Shown here: positions 51,151-64,000 of the stretch, one piece after another
Layout: each line of letters opens with the position of its first letter
Numbering within the stretch: the first letter of the stretch is position 1
From: Lytechinus pictus
Taxonomy: Eukaryota
DNA: 64,000 nt
Assembly: GCF_037042905.1 (NCBI RefSeq)
Contig: NC_087245.1
Location: forward strand, 42,534,001 to 42,598,000
Reading direction: 5' to 3'
Translations under genes and position numbers: made by a program
Notes under the pieces: model-generated
Seen by the model: only the letters and a program-made list of their open reading frames with translations
Told to the model about the DNA's origin: nothing
The model's database searches: none

Positions 51151-51167
51151 AGTACATACATGTATAT

Positions 51168-51420
51168 ACCGGTGTGTTGGCTCAGTGTAGAGGGTCCATC
51201 TCACATCCCGGAGGTCGTGAGTTCAAACCTTGGCCGCGTCAGACCAAAAGACGTTAAAAGATGGGAGTTGCTGCTACCCTGTTTGGCGTTCAACAATGAG
51301 GGATACAGCCTCGTCGATCTGGCACTGCACAGCGGCTGCCGGGCAAAACAATTTTCGAGTATTTCGTTTCTGATGTCTACATGTATTTCGAACAATAAAA
51401 TATGGATTTTTTTTTTCATT
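51168..51420 (+). mobile_element. tRNA-derived SINE (central domain resembles Meta-type SINEs)
   Basis: A box TGGCTCAGTGTAG, B box GTTCAAACC, then gtcagaccaaaagacgttaaaagatgggagttgctgctaccctgtttggcgttcaac. Confidence 0.75.
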
Positions 51421-53955
51421 AGTATGATGTTTTATTTTTCACATCTTGAAAATCAATACTCTTGAATATAAAGCCTGAAAAATAGTAATTGGACTTTTTT
51501 AACCTGTAAAGCAGCAACCAAGACCCAATTTCCAATTTTCCATTTATAAAAAAAAAAACATCTAAGAGTAGAAAAGTTTACATGGGCCCTAGTACTTCAC
51601 AAAGAGACACCTACAATTTGGACATGAAGAGCTACAGCATACTTGTTACACATGTCATGAACATTACCTTCAAATTAACCTACAAATTTGTACATACTTG
51701 TACAGTGTGTATAATGTGAATACTGATGAAGAATACAACTTAAACCATGACTGATACGTGCTCAGAAAAGGGTGACAATGACATCACAGTGCTGAAATAT
51801 TTATAGCCGTCCAAGGCGTTGACCAAATCACCTGGCCAGGCAGGCAAGTCAGTCACATTTCTTAGAATGCTTGATTAACCCCAAGATGCCCGCTATTTGT
51901 ACAGAGTATGGGGATCTGTGTTGATCTATGTATGGAGCCACGCTTATATTTAGGAGAGATATCACATTGAACGCATCACACAAATCTAATGTGAACAGTT
52001 CTCAACTGGCATTTGTTTTGACGGCTCAGCCTCATCGCATGTGTATCGGCACCATGGAACGGTGGCAACTAAACACACATACTGTAAGAGCTGGTCCAGA
52101 TGCAAACATTTTTGTACATGTACATCAAACCCAAGTTGATGCAGTAATATGGAGCACAGATTACGTCAACTTTTAGAACTGGGATCTCAAGTAAACTTCT
52201 TGATGTCTTTTTAAAAATGCATATTTTGTTAAAATTAAAGAGAGGATAAATGATGTCTTGTTTGGTTTATTACTTCAATTTTGATGAGATTAACAATGAA
52301 CATCTTAACCGCTGAGAAAATTCAAGTAAAGTAATATTATGATTGCAGCTTCAGTTCTCTGCATGATTAGAAGGGGTAAACTCTTTTTTTCTGAAACTTT
52401 AATTTTCAGAAAAAATTTTGATATCATACAATCATGATCTAAGACATAACCACTGCCATGACAAGGCATTTTAATGTCAAGAGAGCATAACTTGAGCTTT
52501 GTTTATAAATAAAAGGTTTAAAGCGAGGGAACTTTTGTTAGGGCACTCTAGAAGCTAAATTGAAGGATCTGGAGCATTTTTTTTATTGGAAAATTTACGG
52601 GGAAGCTGAGCGACTGCCTTTTCCTTTGATATTTTCATGGTTAAAGGGGTAGCTAATTAAATATCTATAATAGGTGGATGGAGGATTAGGGAAATAGAGA
52701 GAGTATTCACTTAGAACCAACAGAGAGATCTACACATACATGTATTAACAGAGCCAAGTACCAACAGAATTCACTTCTTTTTTGCCACTGAAATAATGTT
52801 AAAAACCTTCATCGAGAGATGATGGTTGGTTAACATGAGCAGAATATATATCAGGGGCCGCGGAACGGTTTTTCAAAGTGGGGGGGGGGGGGGTGACCAT
52901 GCAAAAAATCACAATCATATGCTCATTTTTACGTTTTTGTACTTAAGGTTTTGGAAAAAAGTGGGAGGGGGGGCTGAAGCACCCCCAGCAAGGCGAGCAA
53001 GCTAATAGCCCTGTGTTTGTGATTGCATACGAAATAGGCATGTTGCGGATGATCTTTTATATCTAATTTTAATTTTACCTCAATTTTTTGCTTCAAAAAA
53101 AGGTTTTATCGTACCAGTAATTTAAAAAATAGTACCAGGTGTTACTATATCTTTATATAGAAAAATAATTCCCTGTGTTTCATAATTTTGTCAAAATAAT
53201 GAGATAGACATTTTATCTAGTAGAACGAGTGACAATCTATCCCAGCATCGTGAAGATCATCGTCGGTGCATATCGTCTGCTGCTATTCGTTGAGTTGATT
53301 TGCCTTCAGGTTCGGATATATTCACTTATTTGTAATTACAGTTATATCATTATTTTCCTTCTCATTATTTTGTTGATAGAGGGAAGAGACTCTGTTTGGA
53401 TGTGGTCATGCTGGAATTAATTTTCATGGATTTGACCCGCGGGGCAGCTAGCAGCTGCATGAGTTCGTAGCGAATCGGTATGCAAGTTGAATTGTCCGAC
53501 TCATCATCACCGGCATAATTCTCCTAATTTAACTCCATCCACGTCACTTTGTAGTTCACTAGAGCTAGAAACTTAATCTTCAAAATCATCAATTTGAAAA
53601 TCCAAATTTAGATAAACTTCTGGGTTTTCTTTCATTTCGTGATCTTAGTATTCAGTGACAGTGTGGAGAAAACGTACCCTCGCAACAGGTTTTGCATGCA
53701 AGTGGAGCTTGACGTGGGAGAGCCAATCACGGATCTCGTACACTCAAGCACATCATCAAATTCGAGTCAATTCAGACACCGATGCGAGACATATTTCAGA
53801 GAGGCATTTTAACCCTTTTTAATTGGCGATTTTTTCCACCTTATGTATTATTTTCGTTATTTTTGAATGACCAAATGATAATCCTCACATCATTACCTTT
53901 CCACTGATATATAATAAGGCCATATTCATAATCAATATAATTATTTCTCCTTTAA

Positions 53956-54159
53956 ACTGAAGCTATCGCGTTTACAAGGACTGCAGAAGGGTAAGATGAA
54001 AATATGTCACTGTGACCTTGACCTTCAACCTTTAGACCTCAAAATCTATAGGCTTCCTGGGATCCATGCTAGTATTATACACACCAAATTATATGAGCCT
54101 AGATTAAGTCAAACTGAAGTTATTGCGTTTACAAGGAAAAGTTAACAGACGGATGGACA
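53956..54159 (+). mobile_element. Fragment of a HINE/pearl-like element (core repeat plus ACGG microsatellite)
   Basis: tgtgaccttgaccttcaacc..., tandem 'actgaag.tat.gcgtttacaagg', acagacggatggaca; continues at 55455. Confidence 0.5.
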
Positions 54160-55454
54160 CAGGCCTGAGAGTGGCCCTTTTAAAAAATATCTGTTTTTTG
54201 AGAACGTAGGGAGCGAAGTGACCAGAGTCTCGCACCTAACGGCCGAGACCAGGGGCAACGCCCCGGAGGGGGTCTCCATAGACCTTTTTTGATTAGAAAA
54301 AAAAATATTTTATTCCAAGAATTCAATTTAGTTTTGGGCCAAGGCATATTTTGTAATGAAATAATTGTGTAGTAAAATCTGACTGAACCAAAAAAATCAA
54401 ACATTTATCCATTCTATCAAGAGAAAAAACAGGCAAACATTGACAATCTTATTCATGCAATTTCACCACACAGTGGTTTCTAATTGAGGACAAGGTTATA
54501 TCATATTCATAACCTTGTAGTTGTACATTGGATAAGTGAGGCTAGATCAGTCTAAACTAAATCTAATTGATAATTGATACATGTTTTTATTATCTAGATC
54601 TAGATTATGATTTTTATTTAGATTCGGCCATGTGTTGCTTGATCATGCTCCAGCCGCCATTCGCGTACATGACTTCCTTATTACACCACGTACAGTATAG
54701 CTTTACCGGGTTCCTCAATTTTCCGTATGCACCGTGGTATGCACTCACTTGCCACCCTTCCATCCATTGATTTTTCAACCCACTTCCAAGTCCATTTCTC
54801 ACGAACTGAAGCGTCAATCCCTTTCACCCTCGCCTCTTCACCTCGATCAAGAAATTTCCGTTGAAAAGCCATAATTTTTCACAATCTTTTCTTGTTTTTT
54901 TTTCGCTCGCACGGAAGAACTCCCGTATCGACAAATCACCGTAATCACGGCTAGCGCTAACCCAGGGAGCTCCCGCCCCCTTAGCTTCGCGGGCCCGGGC
55001 GCGGCCGGAGTTCCCTGGGTTATCCTAGCGCCTAGCCTACATATGCATGAATTGAATGCAGCCGATGCAGCCATCGCGCGCGCACGGAGTGCACGCTGTT
55101 TCCTCCACTGCAACGCGCGAACGGTCTGGTGGGTAATACAAAATGGCAGCGCCCATGATCAATACTGACCGTGTGCGATTAAACTTCAAATAGCCGTTGA
55201 AGAATCAAGTTTTCGAATGCATGACGGCAATTTTCATAAAAATGAACGACAGCAAGTTGCCAGAACTTATAACTTTGTGTGAATTTGGGCGCAATGTGCC
55301 CTTCATTTTCTAGCAATTTTTGCGAATAAGGCATTGAAAATAGACACCCTAACCCCCCTTAATTTTATACCGGATTTACATCGATCTCAAAGACCACCTA
55401 TGTTGGTGAAAAAATATCGGGAACCCGATAAATATCGGGGAAATCTCAGGCCTG
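54160..55454 (-). mobile_element. hAT deletion derivative, 8 bp TSD GATGGACA/GACGGACA
   Basis: CAGGCCTGAGA ... TCTCAGGCCTG TIRs; the TSD copies differ by one CpG-type transition. Confidence 0.85.
54614..54872 (-). pseudogene. hAT transposase N-terminal remnant with BED zinc finger (frameshifted)
   Basis: MAFQ...VREKWTWKW...CIRKIEEPGKA / YCTWCNKEVMYANGGWSMIKQH, joined by one frameshift near 54700. Confidence 0.8.
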
Positions 55455-56325
55455 GACGGACACTGAGTGTGGTGTAATAATAAAGACTGAAGAGGGATAG
55501 GGCCTTTTGATTTATTTAGTAAAAACGTATTAAGGCCCTGTCACATCGTTCCGTGCAAGCCTTGTGGGTGAGTTGCGGCCAGATATTTTCCAGCACGCAA
55601 CCAAATTTTTGCGGGCAAACAAGAATTTTCACAATTCTGCGTGCGGGACGCGTGCAATCTACTGTCGACCTGCGCGTAAATACTATTACAGACTCAACAC
55701 GTTTTAATGTGTCACAGTGCACCACATGAGGCTGTAAACTTGATCAAACAAATGTGAATACAGATTAATACATGAAAAAACTCGCTGAGTCAAAGGGAAT
55801 CTAGTGTTGTCATCATGACGTTGAATTGTAAAAGAAACTGACATTGAATTGTGACAGAAACTGTCTCAAAGTGATATGGAAAATTGTTGTGTGCTGTGAC
55901 GTTTTGAAATCACGAAAATGATAAAAAAATTAACTCAATTTTTTTTGAGAGACACATGCATGTATGGGACTACACAAAAATGTTTGGCTTGCACAGGTCA
56001 GCTGTTTCTTGTCATATTTTGGTCATTAAGGGCATTTGAAGAGCAATCGAGTGGACCTTTTTATCATAATATTCTTCTTAAAGGTAGTAGATCTCATTTG
56101 CAGCCAACTCTAAACATCTTGAAATTTGGCATGATATTTTGGTGAAATATATGAATTCTCAAAGTTGTAGGTTGTAAAAACTAAGGGACCGTATTTTTAT
56201 TATCGATGGCGTTCTCCTCCATCCGCCTGCAGGATCCTGCGTCGGAACGGTGGACGATTTTAGCCCCACCTCCTTGGCAGAGTCGAAAAGTGGGAGGAGC
56301 CAAAAATCGGCGGAACGATGGAGAA

Positions 56326-56618
56326 CTAATTTTGTCCGCTTCGTTCCGCCGATCTGCACGCACAGCATGCACTGAGCAGGTATCAGCGGGAGGCCAGCCC
56401 TGCTGCACTAGCGCCGCAGTAGCGATGGATTCCACGCTAGCTAGCTAGCTCGTAGTACGCTACTGCACTAATTTTTTCCGCTTCGTTCCGGATCCGCCGA
56501 TCTGCTCTGCATGCACTGCACTGAGCAGATCTCAGCGGGAGGCCAGGCCTGCTGCACTGCACTAGCTAGCGCTGCAGTACCGATGGATTCGACGCTAGCT
56601 AGTTCGTAGTACTGCACT
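56326..56618. repeat. GC-rich ~145 bp tandem duplication (2 units)
   Basis: ctaatttt.tccgcttcgttccg...gatggattc.acgctagctag..cgtagtac is present twice. Confidence 0.8.
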
Positions 56619-58226
56619 GTTATGTAGTCGCTCCCCAATCCATATCAATTCAAAGGCGATGACAATCGCTTGGCTCGAATACCAATAATAAAGCAATTGT
56701 AAGAAACTTGCCTACCATTCCCTGACTTTTGTTAGCTCAGGCCAAGATGCAATCACTCCTCTATTAATTTCCGACTCTAAAATACCGGTATATCCTCGTT
56801 GGAATTTGGCATTTTATCTTTGAATTTTGAATATTACTCTTTTGCAGTCTACGTATCGTAATCACTAGCGTACCTACGGGGGTGGGGGGGGGGGCAGGGG
56901 GGCACTCTGACGAGCCACAAGTTTCGGCCTGGGACGAATGTCAATTTTACTATTCGATTTATAGTTCCTGAAAAAACAATCGAACCATTCGATTGTTCGT
57001 CGGAAATCACGTCTTCTAAGCCAATAGTTAGTTGACCTACTTGTGAAGACCTCCCGAATAGGTTTTTTCAATTATTGAACATCTGATGTAGGGTAGAGTA
57101 CATCTGTTCCTTATAAATTAAAGTAAGCCAAGTATTCCCCCTTCTCTTTGATTTCTATTTCAAAAGAAACTATATGGAATTAGATTAAAACTTTCACTTT
57201 ATTGTTCCAATGAAAATCTATCCCAAATCAATCCTTGTATTATGCATCCCTCCAAGTGCAACACCCCTGCATATGAATGAATCAGCCTATAGTCTTGGGT
57301 CCAATTTACATCTCTGTAAACAACTCATTCATGAAGTATTCTTTGAGACAGACACGCATGTGGTGCTTTTTACTTATTGTAAAATTTCATTCATTGCCCA
57401 TACCTCGCCCCAACCCTCACATGTGGTACTCTGCCCATGATGTTCAAAATATTTTGCAAAATATTTTTCAATTGAAATACCTCTCAGAATTACAATTTCT
57501 GATCATTTAAACCTATAACTGGGTCTGTTTTGGGAAACTAGTCGACATCTAGAATTAGGTGATGGCGCGTGTTGGAATGTTATTTTGATTGTGTGAGGGA
57601 GAGGCTAAAAGAGATTGCATTGTTTTGAAACGTGAAAGAATTCCCACCGCTATCCTTTCTCTCTCTCACTCACACCATGCTCACCCATACACAGAGATGG
57701 GGAGGGGTCAATTTTTTCTGGAGTCACGACCTCGATCCCAGAAGTTTCATTGGCCATTGAATGTCCAATCACATATTGGCTCAAGTCAGCTCCTTGTGTG
57801 TGTGTACTTTCTGTTTTAAGCACATAGACATGCAACCATAGAGTTATTATACACCTATGCATACAACATACATTGTGTATCGAGGGCATGGAAGGCCAGG
57901 TGGGATTAAATTCGATTACATTCGATTCGTGTAAATTTTGCTAATCGATTAGCGATTGGCGGCAAGCCATTCGAACCATTCGATCAATCGATGTTTACTC
58001 CCAGGCCTATCACTAGTACCTCACATTTTTTTGCCATTATTACGATTAATATCTCGGTCACATTTTTTTGGAATAGCTACATATGTGGTATGAATAAAAA
58101 TGCCGTTCTCGACGGCCGCCGTGGAGCAAATGTGACCGAGGTATAAGATAGAATAAACTAAATGCCACGCTTCCATCAATTTTGCAAATGACGTCCTCTA
58201 TTTACAATTTAGGCCTTCGTGATTGA

Positions 58227-58797
58227 AGGGATGCTCCAGGCTGGACATATTTCACTAAAAAGAATAAAATTCAAATAGCAAAATGCTGAAAATTTGATCA
58301 AAATCAGATAACAATTAAAGATTTGCATTATTCTGGTGAAACAGCTCTAGGCTCGTCTTCATGAATATTCATTAGCCTTGGGCTGATGATGCCATATCCC
58401 CACTGTCTTGTTCTTTTGTATTTTATTATATGAAAATTAGGTGTACTATAAATTCAAAAGTTTCCTACCAAGGACTTAAACAATTGGACTGATAACTGAT
58501 TACGTGCATTATGTATTTCTTACTGCAACGTATTTCATAATAATTGAGACACATCATTTACATAATGAAAAATGAAACAATTATGATTTCATGTAATGAC
58601 ATAAGAAAAAGGAAAGTATGTGACATAATCAGCCCACCGAATGAATATTCATGAAGACATGCCAAGAATTGTTTCACCAGAGTACCCGGGGGATGCAAAT
58701 CGTTGAAGTTCAATAACTTATCCGATTCTAATGAACTTTTCAGCATTTGGCCCTGAATTTTATTCTATTCATCTAGATCTAAATATTTTCAGCCCGG
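58227..58797. mobile_element. Kolobok-like MITE related to 31899-32437
   Basis: Shared body (aatgctgaaaatttgatcaaaatc..gataac; gaatattcatgaagacatgcc) and ttttcagcc end. Confidence 0.7.
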
Positions 58798-58983
58798 GGC
58801 TGTTTTCTCGTTCTTTGTGTTTTGGCTGAATTCGTGCACCCGCCTAACAACGATAAACAGCTATAAGCCTTGTTCATGATTTTTTTTTTCTCGCGGATGT
58901 TGTCCACTATCCAATTCTATCCTATCTACTTGGCTTGAACTCAGGCCCTACGATGGATCATTAATTTACATGTAACCGGGGAC

Positions 58984-59055
58984 ATGAGACCAGGGACTAA
59001 CAGACGTCCCTGGTTCGACGACGGGGAAGGAACAGATTCCACTGGACATTCTAAG
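58984..59055 (+). CDS. Possible first coding exon of a divergent plus-strand gene (MRPGTNRRPWFDDGEGTDSTGHSK)
   Basis: GC-richer unique segment, ATG, strong AAG|GTAAGA donor; no downstream exon identified in the window. Confidence 0.3.
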
Positions 59056-59382
59056 GTAAGAAACAACATGAAACAACATGAAGGCTTGTCATTTTCCTGT
59101 TCGGAATCATCAGCTGACAGGAACACTTTTTATTATTTCAACATCTTTTTGCCCTAGATGACAAATTCCATTGCAGGCACGGATCAAAGGAGGGGGAGGG
59201 GGGGAGGCACACCCCGTAAATTTGAAGGAAAAAAATATACACCCATTCCCGGGCCCCCATTCGAGTGCAAAACTGCGATCACTTGGGACGGAAGACGTTG
59301 CCCCTCCCTTCTCTCTCTGATGAGCTTGACATTTTTAAAGGGAATTTTTCGGGAGACGAAATTAATAATGATCTTTATTCAA

Positions 59383-59933
59383 AGGAGAAGTCCACCACAA
59401 CAAAAGTTGGTTTGAATAAAAAGAGAAAATTCAAACAAGCATAGCACTGAAAATTTCCTCGAAATCGGATGTAAAAAAAAAGTTGTGGCATTTTATAGTT
59501 ACACTTAATTTTACGAAAAAAATATCCTGGTCGATATGCAAATGAGAAGACTGATGACGTCATCCACTCACTATTTTGTATTTCATTATATGAACTATTT
59601 TCCTCATTGTCAACTGAAACAGCAATCAATTCCTCTCTGAACATGTGGAGTTAGCATTGATTAATACTATATGGTTGGTCCTTATTGCCAAATCTGTTTA
59701 AAAAATAAATATTGTATAATTCAAACAATAAAAAAACAGTGATGGACACCATCGTCTGTCTCATTTGCATGTCACTTAATTGTGCATATCACTATATTTT
59801 GTGAAAATAAGCGAAACCTTAATATGTCATTACTTTCTTATTTAACATCTGATTTTGATGAAATTTCAGCGTTGTGCTCGTTCGATTTTTCTCTATTTAT
59901 TCAAATCAACATTTTCTGGGGTGGACTTGACCT
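59383..59933. mobile_element. Kolobok-like palindromic MITE (inverted relative to 46967)
   Basis: aggagaagtccacc ... ggtggacttgacct|TTAA. Confidence 0.85.
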
Positions 59934-61364
59934 TTAATAATAATCAATGAAGAGGGTCACTGCTCATTATACTAAGAGGGGCGCTAAGTAGCTTTAGTCA
60001 AAAAAAAATTTCATTAAGTCAAATACTAGTTCGTCAAATTACCAACTCGTATAATAGAAGTTTGTCTACCATCAGTTGTCAAAATATACGCATGGTATAA
60101 TTGCCATTTCGTCTAATAACCAGTTGGTCCAAAAGTCATTTCTTTATACAATTGGTCTAAAATGTTTATTCGGCAAAACAAATGGAAATCAACGGGTATT
60201 AATCCAACTGGTTAGACGAAATGGTCATAGACTAACTGGTGATTAGACTAAATGTTGATAGCACATTATGGTCATTGACCTATAATGATTGTTAGACGTA
60301 ATGTTGATGGACGTGAGAAGATGTGTTGGCAATGGACGAATCGGCAATTTACCTTTTTTTTTACCTCCTTTGAAAACTCGATTTCATGACCGGACATTCT
60401 AAACACTTAGTTTTGTAACCATGATCTAATATGAGCGGAAAGTGTGGGCTATTTTTTAAGGTTTAGACCCCCAAACAGGACATTCTATGTACTTTTTGTA
60501 ATGAAAAGGATTGATATCTTGATGCAAGTGATGGGAAGCCTATAAGACGATTTTTATGTGATATGAAAATTTGAGATTTTAAGCGCCTTTACATAAGGAA
60601 CACACTGAGTAACCCCCTCCCCCCCGAAATACTAGGCTCAAATAAATGAATAATGCGAGCGCGAAGCACGAGCAGTTTTTGCCCCTTTCATATGATTTAT
60701 CAGTGGACCAATTTTTTTTTACTCTGATGGCGAGTCAAGATTTTTTTTGCTCATTTAACAAGTTTTGTTTTTTAACTTCCAGCCCCCCTGGATATCTAAT
60801 GGTGCATCCCTAATTATTCTTAATGCTCATATCAATGGCCAAGTTATTCTCTTCATAATGTCTTTAAGTCTATGAATAAGAATTTACGGCCAATTGCGTT
60901 GTTTCAAATTTTCAGGTCTGAATAAATGAAGTATCCAAAAAGAGCTCGCGCTTTGACCTTGCATTTGTAATTAACTTAGACCTTTTGAGATGTCTTATTG
61001 GGGAAAATATAGTTTAAGTCACCCCCATAAATATTGTGACTGGTGACCTCTGGCATTACTAATACTATTAATGACCTGCGATCCCCTTCTGCTTTAATGA
61101 CTTGCGACCCTCTTCTGTTATGACTATATATTACGAGTCTATCGTGTCTATGTTTTACTACTGGCGACCCTTATGAATATTAAACCTAGCTAAGCTTTTC
61201 CATGTTATAACTGTATGCTAGCGATCCTCTTCTTTGATTATGAATAGCGACCCCCTTTAACATGATGATGACTATGTAACAGTCTTCTCGTACTTTATAG
61301 CGACACTCTTATGACCGGCGACCCTCTACTATTTGTTTAGCGACACTCCTTTCCTTATTATTGA

Positions 61365-61939
61365 AGGTGAAGTCCACCCCAGCAAAATGTTGATTTTAAT
61401 AAATAGAGAAAAATCAAACTAGCCTAACACTGAAAATTTCATCAAAATTGGATGTAAAATAAGAAAGTTGTGGTATTTTAAAATTTCGCTTATTTTTCAC
61501 AAAACGGTGATGTGCACAACTCGGTGACATGCAAATGGGTCAGTCCATGATGTCCATCACTCACTAAATGGTTTGAATAATTATACAATAATTATTTTTT
61601 TTTTTACAGATTTGACCGACTTGACCGAACCATATTGTAATAAACAATGCAAATTCCACATGGGAGGAATTGATCACTGTTTCACTTGACAATGAGGAGA
61701 AATTTAGAATATTTCATATTTCGTATAATAAAATACAAAAGAAATAGTGAGTGGATGACGTCATCAGTCTCGTCGTTTGCATACCGACCAGGATGTGCAT
61801 ACAAGTGTTATGTGAAATTAAGCGAAACTTTGAAATTTCATAACTATTTTATATCCGATTTTGATGTCATTTTCAATGTTATGCTTTTAGATTTTTCTCT
61901 TTTTTCAAATATTTTTTTTAGTTGGGGTAGGCTTGTCCT
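61365..61939. mobile_element. Kolobok-like palindromic MITE
   Basis: aggtgaagtccacccc ... ggggtaggcttgtcct; interrupts a degenerate 'gcgaccc' short-period repeat (61020-61350, 61950-61985). Confidence 0.85.
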
Positions 61940-63112
61940 TAAACGAACGATACGACCCTCTACTTTTACGACTAACGACCCTCCGATCTTATAGGGGCCG
62001 GGGATCAGGCCTGCGCTATCATACCCCCCCCCCCCGCCCCCCCCCCCCGGCCCCCCAATTATAATTTACTGTCGATCGTGAATCTCCATTTTGATTTAGA
62101 TTTAGATTTATTCATTTTCCGTTCACAAAGCACAACAAAATCAAACAATACATAGTCAAATTTGAAGTACAACATAAATCGGAGTAAGGTATAAACAATG
62201 AGAACTAATGCGAACTAAAGTAACTTTGACTATAATGACTATATAAAACAGAACGGAGGGGCTTGCCAAGAAAAGCAAAGCTTGTATGAGAGGCAAGCCC
62301 CCGTAACTTAGTTTCAGTACGTATATTATAAAGGAGAGACGGGAGACAGTTTAAAATTTTGATGATGTTCATGATCGCGCGCTCCAAGCTTCCAGATCTT
62401 GCCCTTTATATGCCATCTTGCCCCCTAAAACGTACGTGAATTCTTATTACACAAATGTCACCCCCAGCCCCCCACCCTTTGGTACATGTACTTACTTTAT
62501 CAATGGCAATCTGATCCTTCGTCAGGCCTTATAAAAGACCAATGATCCTTCGTCGGGCCTTTAGTTCATGATCCATCGACGGGCCTTAGTTAAGACCAAT
62601 GATCCATCGTGTAATAATGGCAACAATGATAATGGTATGAAATGAGATCTCACAAGAATCGAAAATGAATTAAATCAATAAGAACAAGTATGCAAATAAA
62701 GATAGGGCCTAAGGCCCTTGGTTGTCCTTAATTTTAGTTTTACATCTTTTAAAATGACAACTGAACCATTTGACATATTTTCCAATTATACAGGAGTGAC
62801 GATGAATGAAGGTTGAAATGTAGATGGACTGTTCGTGCAACATTCCTGATTAATGAAATATAAATTCTAAATCATATTTATTCACATGCATTGAAAAACG
62901 GTAAACATGAATACGTTTGTGCATACAGTGCATTAATTAAAGAAAGTCTAAGAAAGTAAATTAATGATCAAGTGGGAAGCATATAAGGCTTTTTGTTATG
63001 TCTTATGAAAATTTGAGATTTTAACTGCCCTCCCAAAAAATATAGCCTCAAATAAATAATGCGAGAGCGAAGCAAGAGCAGAATGCATAAATTAATGATC
63101 ATGTTATGGCAG

Positions 63113-63757
63113 CGAGTCCAAACTTCGCGCGTGTCCATACTTCGCGGACGGTCATTATCTAAAAAACTAGCCAATATCCTTAAAATCTGACATCACCAAT
63201 GTGAAAAGCGACCTAAAATTACCCTTTGGTGTAAGTTTCTTTAGGATGAGTTCAGTATTCATGAAAATATTGGCAAAAGATCGGCAAATTTGTCGCCGTT
63301 AGCGCCCGTTTTGAAGAAATCTGATATTCTCAACAAGCATCACGATATCACCATTTTGCAAGCATTAATCATCAAAAATGTCAGTTAAATATGGTACTAA
63401 CCGATTCTATAGCATTTTGCCATCAATCTGATATAAATTTTTCACTTTTTCAGCTTGAGTTTCTGTTTAAATCTCCACAAAAACTTTGGTCCGCGAAGTT
63501 AGGTCACACTTTTTCTGAACGGTTTTCCAGCACAGCGCGCATTCGCCATGTTCACCGATCGGAATAGAATTTTGAGATCGCGATACCGGCGAAAGCCCTT
63601 GACCTACTTCACATTTTCGTCCATGATTTTATACTTTACGATCTTGCCGTCAATGTGGTAACTATTTCTTGAATTCTTTTTGTATGAATTATGAATATTT
63701 TGTGAAAAAAAATCTGCCTGATGAATATTTTTGAAAAGTGCGCGAAGTTTGGACACC
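63113..63757. mobile_element. MITE with GTCCAAACTTCGCGC TIRs
   Basis: gtccaaacttcgcgc (63116) / gcgcgaagtttggac (63740-63754); left tip degenerate, TSD unclear. Confidence 0.65.
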
Positions 63758-64000
63758 CCATCATACAGGAACATTATTTAGTGTCAGTTTTAGGGGTAAT
63801 AAAACTTGCATTAAGCTAATTAATTCAATGAATGAATAAAGGGAAAATATACAAAGGTCTTATTTAGTGAAATGGCACGTCTTGGTTATTGCAAAACTAG
63901 GAAATGTAGTGTATGAGGGTAACACAAAATATAATAGATGATTAAATTTAGGGCGAATACATGCAGGCCATGCCCATATATACATGGGCACTAAAATCAA

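Noticed and set aside
51168..51240. tRNA gene
   Set aside because: A and B boxes are present, but there is no intact cloverleaf and it continues into a SINE body.
54847..55113. 88 aa GC-rich ORF
   Set aside because: Lies in the palindromic 5' region of a hAT element; no domain signal.
56926..58009. hAT-like element with GGCCTGGGA..TCCCAGGCC ends
   Set aside because: The left tip is overwritten by another fragment and no TSD can be confirmed; probably a relic, but the boundaries are unsupported.

Overview
AT-rich animal genomic DNA with GT-AG introns. The repeat repertoire suggests an echinoderm, probably a sea urchin (inference). No prokaryotic systems, CRISPR arrays, rRNA genes or true tRNA genes are supported, and most supplied ORFs are spurious. 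Two spliced minus-strand genes can be built by hand. (1) A complete adenylyl cyclase-associated protein gene (CAP/Srv2; 12 coding exons, 40515->28344, 498 aa) whose N-terminus lacks the canonical RLE motifs. (2) The 5' part of a divergent LRP/YWTD-like beta-propeller gene (22523->784, running off the left edge) with an ~18 kb intron. A possible first exon of a divergent plus-strand gene lies at ~59 kb. Much of the rest is nested mobile DNA: Tc1/mariner-, piggyBac-, Kolobok-, Harbinger-, hAT- and Sola-like non-autonomous elements with readable target-site duplications (TSDs), L2 and L1/Tx1 remnants, SINEs, and a Helentron-associated element. The most unusual structures are three. First, a Crypton-like hairpin element bounded by CTATT direct repeats that has inserted into another copy of itself. 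Second, a 5.2 kb foldback element carrying a ~210 bp tandem array whose polarity-switch junction recurs in a second element. Third, a short SINE relic that appears to join a 7SL/Alu-like head to a Deu-like domain.
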